Source of the DNA: Octopus sinensis
Lineage: Eukaryota
DNA: 64,000 bases
Direction of reading: 5' to 3'
NCBI RefSeq assembly: GCF_006345805.1
Contig: NC_043014.1
Coordinates: 16,244,001 to 16,308,000, forward strand
Both the position numbers and the translations under genes were made by a program. The number at the start of each line of letters is the position of its first letter. Position 1 is the first letter of the stretch. Positions 13,701 to 23,850 of this stretch are shown here, one piece after another. Under the pieces are notes generated by a model. That model made no database searches. It saw nothing but the letters and a program-made list of their open reading frames with translations, and was not told where the DNA came from.

Positions 13701-16700
13701 GGGAGGTGCAGAAATATAGGGGAGCACCAGTGGGAGGGGTGGTTCAGAGGACAGGTTCTAGGCAAGTAGAACGTAGGATATCGAGAGAGGGGTAATGCAC
13801 GGTGAAATAGCGTATTGAAGAGGGGGGTTCAAAGAGTAGACACCTATAATGGTGGTGGGGAGGGGTGCAGAAATATAGGGGAGCACCAGTGGGAGGGGTG
13901 GTTCAGAGGACAGGTTCTAGGCAAGTAGAACGTAGGATATCGAGAGAGGGGTAATGCATGGTGAAATAGCGTATTGAAAAGGGGGGTTCAAAGAGTAGAC
14001 ACCTATAATGGTGGTGGGGGGGTGCAGAAATATAGGGGAGCACCAGTGGGAGGGGTGGTTCAGAGGACAGGTTCTAGGCAAGTAGAACGTAGGATATCGA
14101 GAGAGGGGTAATGCATGGTGAAATAGCATATTGAAGAGGGGGGTTCAAAGAGTAGACACCTATAATGGTGGGGGGGGGTGCAGAAATATAGGGGAGCACC
14201 AGTGGGAGGGGTGGTTCAGAGGACAGGTTCTAGGCAAGTAGAACGTAGGATATCGAGAGAGGGATAATGTATGGTGAAATAGCATATTGAAGAGGGGGGT
14301 TCAAACAGTAGACACCTATAATGGTGGTGGTGGGGGGTGCAGAAATATAGGGGAGCACCAGTGGGAGGGGTGGTTCAGAGGACAGGTTCTAGGCAAGTAG
14401 AACGTAGGATATCGAGAGAGGGGTAATGCATGGTGAAATAGCATATTGAAGAGGGGGGTTCAAAGAGTAGACACCTATAATGGTGGTGGGGGGTGCAGAA
14501 ATAAAGGGGAGCACCAGTGGGAGGGGTGGTTCAGAGGACAGGTTCTAGGCAAGTATAACGTAGGATATCGAGAGAGGGGTAATGCATGGTGAAATAGCGT
14601 ATTGAAGAGGGGGGTTCAAAGAGTAGACACCTATAATGGTGGTGGGGGGGTGCAGAAATATAGGGGAGCACCAGTGGGAGGGGTGGTTCAGAGGACAGGT
14701 TCTAGGCAAGTAGAACGTAGGATATCGAGAGAGGTGTAATGTACGCTGAAATAGCGTATTGAAGAGGGGGGTTCAAAGAGTAGACACCTATAATGGTGGT
14801 GGGGGGGTCCAGAAATATAGGGGAGCACCAGTGGGGTGGGTGGTTCAGAGGACAGGTTCTAGGCAAGTAGAACGTAGGATATCGAGAGAGGGGTAATGCA
14901 TGGTGAAATAGCGTATTGAAGAGGGGGGTTCAAAGAGTAGACACCTATAATGGTGGGGGGGGGTGCAGAAATATAGGGGTGCACCAGTGGGAGGGTTGGT
15001 TCAGAGGACAGGTTCTAGGCAAGTAGAACATAGGATATCGAGAGAGGGGTAATGCATGGTGAAATAGGGTATTGAAGAGGGGGGTTCAAAGAGTAGACAC
15101 CTATAATGGTGGTGGGGGGGTGCAGAATATAGGGGAGCACCAGTGGGGGGGTGGTTCAGAGGACAGGTTCTAGGCAAGTAGAACGTAGGATATCGAGAGA
15201 GGGGTAATGCATGGTGAAATAGCGTATTGAAGAGGGGGGTTCAAAGAGTAGACACCTATAATGGTGGTGGGGGGGTGCAGAAATATAGGGGAGCACCAGT
15301 GGGAGGGGTGGTTCAGAGGACAGGTTCTAGGCAAGTAGAACGTAGGATATCGAGAGAGGGGTAATGCATGGTGAAATAGCGTATTGAAGAGGGGGTTTCA
15401 AAGAGTAGACACCTATAATGGTGGTGGGGGGGGTGCAGAAATATAGGGGAGCACCATTGGGAGGGGTGGTTCAGAGGACAGGTTCTAGGCAAGTAGAACG
15501 TAGGATATCGAGAGAGGGGTAATGCATGGTGAAATAGCGTATTGAAGAGGGGGGTTCAAAGAGTAGACACCTATAATGGTGGTGGGGGGGTGCAGAAATA
15601 TAGGTGAGCACCAGTGGGGGGGTGGTTCAGAGGACAGGTTCTAGGCAAGTAGAACGTAGGATATCGAGAGAGGGGTAATGCATGGTGAAATAGCGTATTG
15701 AAGAGGGGCGTTCAAAGAGTAGACACCTATAATGGTGGTGGGGGGGTGCAGAAATATAGGGGAGCACCAGTGGGAGGGGTGGTTCAGAGGACAGGTTCTA
15801 GGCAAGTAGAACATAGGATATCGAGAGAGGGGTAATGCATGGTGAAATAGCGTATTGAAGAGGGGGTTTCAAAGAGTAGACACCTATAATGGTGGTGGGG
15901 GGAGCAGAAATATAGGGGAGCACCATTGGGAGGGGTGGTTCAGAGGACAGGTTCTAGGCAAGTAGAACGTAGGATATCGAGAGAGGGGTAATGCATGGTG
16001 AAATAGCGTATTGAAGAGGGGGGTTCAAAGAGTAGACACCTATAATGGTGGTGGGGGGGTGCAGAAATATAGGTGAGCACCAGTGGGGGGGTGGTTCAGA
16101 GGAGAGGTTCTAGGCAAGTAGAACGTAGGATATCGAGAGAGGGGTAATGCATGGTGAAATAGGGTATTGAAGAGGGGGGTTCAAAGAGTAGACACCTATA
16201 ATGGTGGTGGGGGGGTGCAGAAATATAGGGGAGCACCAGTGGGAGGGGTGGTTCAGAGGACAGGTTCTAGGCAAGTAGAACATAGGATATCGAGAGAGGG
16301 GTAATGCATGGTGAAATAGCATATTGAAGAGGGGGTTTCAAAGAGTAGACACCTATAATGGTGGTGGGGGGAGCAGAAATATAGGGGAGCACCAGTGGGA
16401 GGGGTGGTTTAGAGGACAGGTTCTAGGCAAGTAGAACGTAGGATATCGAGAGAGGGGTAATGCATGGTGAAATAGCGTATTGAAGAGGGGGGTTCAAAGA
16501 GTAGACACCTATAATGGTGGTGGGGTGTGCAGAAATATAGGGGAGCACCAGTGGGAGGGGTGGTTCACAGGACAGGTTCTAGGCAAGTAGAACGTAGGAT
16601 ATCGAGAGAGGGGTAATGCATGGTGAAATAGCGTATTGAAGAGGGGGGTTCAAAGAGTAGACACCTATAATGGTGGTGGGGGGGTGCAGAAATATAGGGG

Positions 16701-16990
16701 AGCACCAGTGGGAGGGGTGGTTCACAGGACAGGTTCTAGGCAAGTAGAACATAGGATATCGAGAGAGGGGTAATGCATGGTGAAATAGCGTATTGAAGAG
16801 GGGGGTTCAAAGAGTAGACACCTATAATAGTGGCGGGGGGTGCTGAAATATAGGGGAGCACCAGTGGGAGGGGTGGTTCAGAGGACAGGTTCTAGGCAAG
16901 TAGAACGTAGGATATCGAGAGAGGGGTAATGCATGGTGAAATAGCGTATTGAAGAGGGGGGTTCAAAGAGTAGACACCTATAATGGTGGG
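7726..16990. repeat. Tandem satellite, about 157-bp unit, about 59 copies, G-rich plus strand
   Basis: Unit aatggtggtgggggggtgcagaaatataggggagcaccagtgggaggggtggttcagaggacaggttctaggcaagtagaacgtaggatatcgagagaggggtaatgcatggtgaaatagcgtattgaagaggggggttcaaagagtagacacctat; agagtagacacc recurs at 7861 and 8018 (period 157). Confidence 0.97.
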
Positions 16991-17075
16991 AGAAACGACA
17001 TCCGGTATAGTTGGAGCAAAATAGAGATATCCGGTATTGGTGGTGGGGGTGGGTAGGGCGGTGTAGTGAAAGCTA

Positions 17076-17725
17076 GTAACCTGCCTCACTCTTGATTCCG
17101 AATTCCTTTTGCCAAGTCTGTCCGTAAACGAAGTGATCCCAAGATAAGAAATCTTTGAGCTTTAATTCATCCGTATCTCTATTTATTATTATTATTTATT
17201 AATTATTATTATTCTGATCCCCCTAGTCGCCACTCTGTTTACTATTTCAGCCTCGCCTCATTTTTGCATATTCTGTATAATTCACTAGTTATCGTTATAG
17301 ATATTTAAGATCTATCTCCCTTACAGGGCTGATTAGAAATTGGCTGCCGGTTCTTCGCGGGGTTTCTCTCCCCCTCTTTTTACATTGTCTGTCTGGACTC
17401 CTTCTCTTCCTACTCCTCGCCATGGCTATGCATACTTAAGCTTGTAACCTGCCTCACTCTTGATTCCGAATTCCTTTTGCCAAGTCTGTCCGTAAACGAA
17501 GTGATCCCAAGATAAGAAATCTTTGAACTTTAATTCATCCGTATCTCTATTTATTATTATTATTTATTAATTATTATTATTCTGATCCCCCTAGTCGCCA
17601 CTCTGTTTGCTATTTCAGCCTCGCCTCGTTTTTGCATATTCTATATAATTCACTAGTTATCGTTATAGATATTTAAGATCTATCTCCCTTACAGGGCTGA
17701 TTAGAAATTGGCTGCCGATTCTTCG
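17076..17725. repeat. Direct duplication of about 282 bp (17076-17357 and 17444-17725)
   Basis: gtaacctgcctcactcttgattccgaattcc...ttggctgccg repeated at offset 368 with few substitutions. Confidence 0.93.
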
Positions 17726-17895
17726 ACACATACATATATACATACATTTATTTATACGTATATATATACATACATTTATTTATACATATATATATACATA
17801 CATTTATTTATACATATATATATACATACATTTATTTATACATATATATATATATATACATACACATATATATACATACATATATACGTATACAC

Positions 17896-17946
<51 letters not shown>

Positions 17947-18019
17947 TATATATATATACATATATATGTATACATACATATATACATAATACACACACAC
18001 ATATATATATATATATATA

Positions 18020-18532
18020 CTAGCAGTATCGCCCGGCGTTGCTCGGGTTTGTAAGGGAAATAACTATATAAGCATTTTTAGAGAGTTACTTCCCTTATAG
18101 ATGCCAATTCGCGCTTTCTTAGCCATTTCTGTTTTGGTGTCTTCAAGCCATGAAGTCGTTGTTCTAAAAGAACGCTGGTCTCCTTGACAACGCTTTACGA
18201 TGTTGATTTCCTTACACTCCTTTCCCCACAGCTTCACGAGGGAGGGAAGAAGGGGGAGAAGCAAACAGGTGCAGGTGTGACCATGGACGCCAGCTCCGCC
18301 GCTATCGACACACAAAAAGTTATGCATTAAAATGGAATAAAAAATGATGTTAAATTATTTTTAAAATCGTAGACTCATCATAGACGCACGCTAATACTCA
18401 GACAGGCTCGATATGAATCACGACTATAAGATACCCGAATTTGGTTAAACTGCACCGCAAAATGTGGGAGTAGTTAGGAATCTAAATCGAAGGGGACAGA
18501 CACTCACACAACTACAGTTTTATATATATAGA
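18020..18532 (-). mobile_element. Non-autonomous Helitron
   Basis: 5' TCTATATATATAAAA, 3' hairpin cccgagcaacgccggg + gatactgCTAG, inserted between A and T in a TA tract. Confidence 0.85.
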
Positions 18533-18543
18533 TATATATATAT

Positions 18544-18800
18544 ACATCATCATCATCATTTAGCGTCTGCTTTCCATGCTAGCATGGGTTGGATGGTTCA
18601 ACTGGGGTCTGTGAAGCCAGAAGGCTGCACCAGGCCCAGTCTGATCTGGCAAGTTTCTTTGGCTGGATGCCCTTCCTAACGCCAACTACTCTATGAGTGT
18701 AGTGGGTGCTTTTTACGTGCCAGACGGGGCTGGCAAACGACCACGGTCGGATGGTGCTTTTTATGTGCCGCCGGCACAGGGGCCAGGCGAGGCTGGCAGT
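18544..18800 (-). mobile_element. RTE 3' tail fragment (family C)
   Basis: (CAT)n + ttagcgtctgctttccatgctagcatggg.. + two ggtgctttttacgtgcc units. Confidence 0.8.
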
Positions 18801-19348
18801 ACCCTACTATTTACAAAAGTACACAAATAAGTGAGCTCCTTTTATCTGTCTTTTCTGTTTCTGATATTGCATAACTAAGCTCACATTCAATATTTCTGTC
18901 AATAAATAGGTATCACTAAAGGGCTTCATAAAAGGGAGACAAGCATAATTTAACCAAGCAAAAGCCCACTTTTTGCTCGAATATTTTCACGTCAAAATGC
19001 ATTCTTTCCACAGACAATTATATATTGCTTGAAAGTTATAGATGTGAACTTTCTTCTCTTATACTTTTGATTAAAATCCAACACTTACTTATCATGTCAG
19101 ATTCTCTCAATCACACTCATATTTCCACCCATTCACAGTTTGTCCCATTTTTTGTTTTCGACTGCACTAGAGCCCTATAACTCGATTTGTGTTGAGAATG
19201 AAAGTCATTAAGAAGACCCTTTTTTTTTTTTGCTTTATTTGGATATAAAAGTCAATGGGGATAAGTCCATACATTTATACAAGATACACATGTATATATA
19301 TATACACACAAACACACATCTACATGTATATATATATCTTATGTGATG

Positions 19349-19379
<31 letters not shown>

Positions 19380-19506
19380 CTGTGTACTTGACTATAAATG
19401 TGTGTTGTGTGTGTGTATAGAAGGATATTTGTATATACATGAGAAATTTTATGCGTAATATATACATGTGAATATATAGACATATGCAAATATATGTGTG
19501 AGTGTT

Positions 19507-19612
<106 letters not shown>

Positions 19613-20432
19613 GCGAGAAAGAAGCAACAAGAATGGATAGGTTTTTAGTACAATCGTTTCATACAAGGACAGGCTTTATTAAAAGTTGTAAAAATTACAC
19701 CATATAAACGTGTCCCGTACTCATCAGCTAAAATACATGTGAGTTCTCTAGACATCCTAGTGGTTGAGGCTATACTCATGAAGTAATGTAGATAATTAAG
19801 TAACATAAACAGATTTCCAAAGTTCATTAAAGTTCTTTAAAGATGATGTACAGTCTTATCACAGAATTTTAAAAAGGTTCTAATAGCATCACAGAGAAGG
19901 TGACCTAATCCATAGAGCACATATGAATTTCCAGAGATATGATGAGGGATTACATACTCACAGAAGACAAATTTATCCATTGTTAATCACAACGAGGTGG
20001 GTCTCAATTCCTGCTTATTCCTTAAATAAGCAGGAATTGAGACCCACCTCGTTGTGATTAACAATGGATAAATTTGTCTTCTGTGAGTATGTAATCCCTC
20101 ATCATATCTCTGGAAATTCATATGTGCTCTATGGATTAGGTCACCTTCTCTGTGATGCTATTAGAACCTTTTTAAAAATTCTGTGATAAGACTGTACATC
20201 ATCTTTAAAGAACTTTAATGAACTTTGGAAATCTGTTTATGTTACTTAATTATCTACATTACTTCATGAGTATAGCCTCAACCACTAGGATGTCTAGAGA
20301 ACTCACATGTATTTTAGCTGATGAGTACGGGACACGTTTATATGCTGTAATTTTTACAACTTTTAATAAAGCCTGTCCTTGTATGAAACGATTGTACTAA
20401 AAACCTATCCATTCTTGTTGCTTCTTTCTCGC
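19613..20432. repeat. Near-perfect 820-bp palindrome (arms 19613-20019 and 20025-20432, 5-nt loop cctta)
   Basis: gcgagaaagaagcaacaag... vs ...cttgttgcttctttctcgc; only about two differences noted by eye. Confidence 0.95.
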
Positions 20433-20679
20433 TTATAATCACCCCACATAACTGTATTGTTAAAACAGTATAGTTTGTTTTTGGTGCATCTAAGTTAGGT
20501 ACCATATTCAAGTAAATTCATTTAAATTAACTTGAATCTTTATTGCTTTTTGTATATATATATATATATATTTATATATATGATGTGCCTAATCATTTGA
20601 TTAGAAAACTTACAGTTCAAAAACGGTAAAGAACTCGATACAATTTTATAGTGTCTACTGTCTGTATATATATGTGTGT

Positions 20680-20718
<39 letters not shown>

Positions 20719-20940
20719 ACATACACATACACACAAATAATAACATATATGTACATATATATATACACACACACATATACATATGTACATATACACATGC
20801 ATACGTGTTGATATATATATATATATATATATATACGTACATACAGACATCTCCATATATGTGTGTGTGTATGCATGCATATATATATATATACACACAC
20901 ACATACATAGATGCATGCATGTGTGTATTAACATAATTGG

Positions 20941-21332
20941 GGTCTGGCTGTGTGGTAAGTAGCTTGCTAACCAACCACATGGTTCCGGATTCAGTCCCAC
21001 TGCGTGGCATCTTGGGCAAGTGTCTTCTGCTATAGCCCCAGGCTGACCAATGCCTTGTGAGTGGATTTGGTTGATGGAAACTGAAAGAAACCCGTCGTAT
21101 ATATATATATATGTGTGTGTGTGTTTGTGTCCATGTTTGTCCCCCTAGCATTGCTTGACAACTGATGCTGGTGTGTTTGCGTCCCCGTCACTTAGTGGTT
21201 CGGCAAAAGAGACCGATAGGATAAGTACTGGGCTTACAAAGAATAAGTCCCGGGGTTGATTTGCTCGACTAAAGGCGGTGCTCCAGCATGTCCGCAGTCA
21301 AATGACTGAAACAAGTAAAAGAGTAAAGAGTA
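20941..21332 (+). mobile_element. SINE family A, near full length
   Basis: A-box tggctgtgtgg, B-box ggattcagtccc, ttgggcaagtg core, internal TA/TG tract, (aaaagagt) tail. Confidence 0.88.
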
Positions 21333-22449
21333 AATTGAGCTCAAAATTAGCATGGAATCAGCATATTTGGAATTTTGTTTATTCCCTCTCTCTGTTTTAA
21401 TGTACAGAGAGGGAGGTCCAATTTTTACCTAGTGGATATTCTTGTACATGTAAATTTCATTTTCCTTTGAAGAATATTGGCCAAATTTCACCAATAAAAA
21501 TCATATTATGCAATGAATATTATTTTGTAGACTATTTTTTTGTATGTAACAACCAGCTGATTTCATGAGGTTTTCAGACCTTATTAAATCCCAAAGTTCA
21601 ATCCAGAAGGGGCACATTTGTGGTAGGTATAGAACTAAATGAATCCTGAGATTTTGTAACATGATACTACTTCAATTAAATTTTAATGGACAATTAAAAA
21701 TGGCTATAAACAGTAGAGTTTTGGATCAGGATGCCCACATAAGTTGGATTTTCTCCATTTTGATGAGGATTTTTCCATTTTTTTTTCATCACAACCTTGG
21801 AAATAATGGTGGGAAGCTTTTTATGAAAAAAACTTTTGAAAATTTATGATCTCCCCCTTCACCTTCCTGGACCAATTTTGGCTTTTTTTAAAACTAAGCC
21901 TTTAAAAACAATGGGAGAAGACTTGTGGGGTGGGGGGAGGATTGAAAATATTTTCAAACGAAAAGATGTGATTAAAGGGAGATTTAGCTGTTGTTCCTAG
22001 CACATCCCACAACCACCTACTACTTTTCTCAAAATTGCATGTAGACGTAGATTAAAAAAAAACAAAATGTGAAAACTAATTTCTTGTTTTTAGCATTAAA
22101 AACATCTGTAACTTGCAGCAAACTTGTTTGTAGGTGTGAGAGAAAAACCCCAAACAAATCAGACCTACTTGTGAAAATATAAACACTACTACAGATTATC
22201 TGACTATATTTAAAATTGGGGAGAAAAAAAACATCACATCGGACTTTAATAGTCTACAAAATAAAATCCATTGCATAATATGATTTTTATTGGTGAAATT
22301 TGGCCAATATTCTTCAGAGGAAAATGAAATATACATGTACAAGAATATCCACTAGGTAAAAATTGGACCTCCCTCTCTATACATTAAAACAGAGAGAGGG
22401 AATAAACAAAATTCAGAATATGCTGATTCCATGCTAATTTTGAGCTCAA

Positions 22450-22660
22450 TTTACTCTTTACTCTTTTACTTGTTTCAGTCATTTGACTGCGGCCATGCTG
22501 GAGCACCGCCTTTAGTCGAGGAAATTGACCCCGGGACTTATTCTTTGTAAGCCCAGTACTTATCCTATCGGTCTCTTTTGCCGAACCACTAAGTGACGGG
22601 GACGTAAACACACCAGCATCGGTTGTCAAGCAATGCTAGGGGGACAAACACAGACACACA
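22450..22660 (-). mobile_element. SINE family A 3' half (duplicated with the inverted arm)
   Basis: Reverse complement of 21130-21332. Confidence 0.85.
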
Positions 22661-22942
22661 AACACACACATATATATATACAGACACTAGACACTTTAAA
22701 ATAGTATTGAGTTCTTTACCGTTTTTGAACTGTAAGTTTTCTAATCAAATGATTAGGCACATCATATATACATATATATATATATATATATACATACATA
22801 TATATATATATGTACAAACACTCACACATATATTTGCATATGTCTATATATTCACATGTATATATTACACATAAAAGTTCTCATGTATATACAAATATCC
22901 TTCTATACACACACACAACACACATTTATAGTCATGTACACA

Positions 22943-22991
<49 letters not shown>

Positions 22992-23320
22992 CATAAGATA
23001 TATATATATAGATATATATATATACATGTAGATGTGTGTTTGTGTGTATATATATACATACATGTGTATCTTGTATAATTTTATAAACTGTTACATTTCT
23101 AAAATGTTGATGTTATTGTTCAGTTTTTTGCTTTGAAATTTTGCGAATGTTCTTTGTTTGTTTTTGTCAATGTTTTTTTTTTGTTTTTATAAAGAAGGGG
23201 GGAGAGCATTGAGTAGGGGCCTCTGGAGCAGGAGGACAGGGCAAAGGGCCTTTGTTTGGGTTATTAGTTTGTATTTTTGGTTGATTGAACAGTGGTAGAG
23301 CTTTACATAAAACACACACT

Positions 23321-23374
<54 letters not shown>

Positions 23375-23694
23375 GTATGCGTGTTTAGTGTGTAAATATG
23401 CGTGTATACACATGCATATTACAAATGTGTGATATATGTATGTATATACATATATACATATGTATATGTGTGTGTGTGTATATATATATATACATATAAT
23501 ATATATTTGTGATATATATATAAATATATATATACATATATATTCATGTATATAAATAAATATATAGTGAATAGAACACAAGTGTATATCATATATACGC
23601 ACACACACATACGTTATATATGTATAAGTATATATACATACATACACATATATATACATACAGTTATATATGTAATTACACTTCAGCAATGAAC

Positions 23695-23850
23695 TTATGG
23701 AGGCACATATGGAGGAGGTGATGTGTAGGGGGGTTGCATGTGGGGGCGCGGCTGTTTCTTGCCCTGCCACACGGTGACAGGAGGTGGTGGCTCACACGGT
23801 TGCGAGCCGAGTATGGGTTCGTTTACTCCACCGTTTCTGCGATGCCCACC
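23695..23850 (-). other. Out-of-frame dystroglycan C-terminal coding remnant (..[20 protein letters not shown])
   Basis: ORF 23695-23943 ends [11 protein letters not shown], matching the conserved beta-dystroglycan PPxY tail (human ..[11 protein letters not shown]); it is in the -1 frame relative to the main ORF. Confidence 0.9.

Noticed and set aside
8503-17089. Repeated ORFs such as LPRTCPLNHPSHWCSP
   Set aside because: They are translations of the 157-bp satellite; the unit length is not a multiple of 3 and homopolymer indels shift frames at random.
20316-20345. Hammerhead at ctgatgagtacgggacacgttt in the palindrome
   Set aside because: CUGAUGA is present but there is no GAAA and no stem II; kept only as a weak hint.
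20941-21010. tRNA genes at SINE heads
   Set aside because: A/B boxes are present but each continues into SINE core and tail sequence, with no cloverleaf acceptor stem identified.
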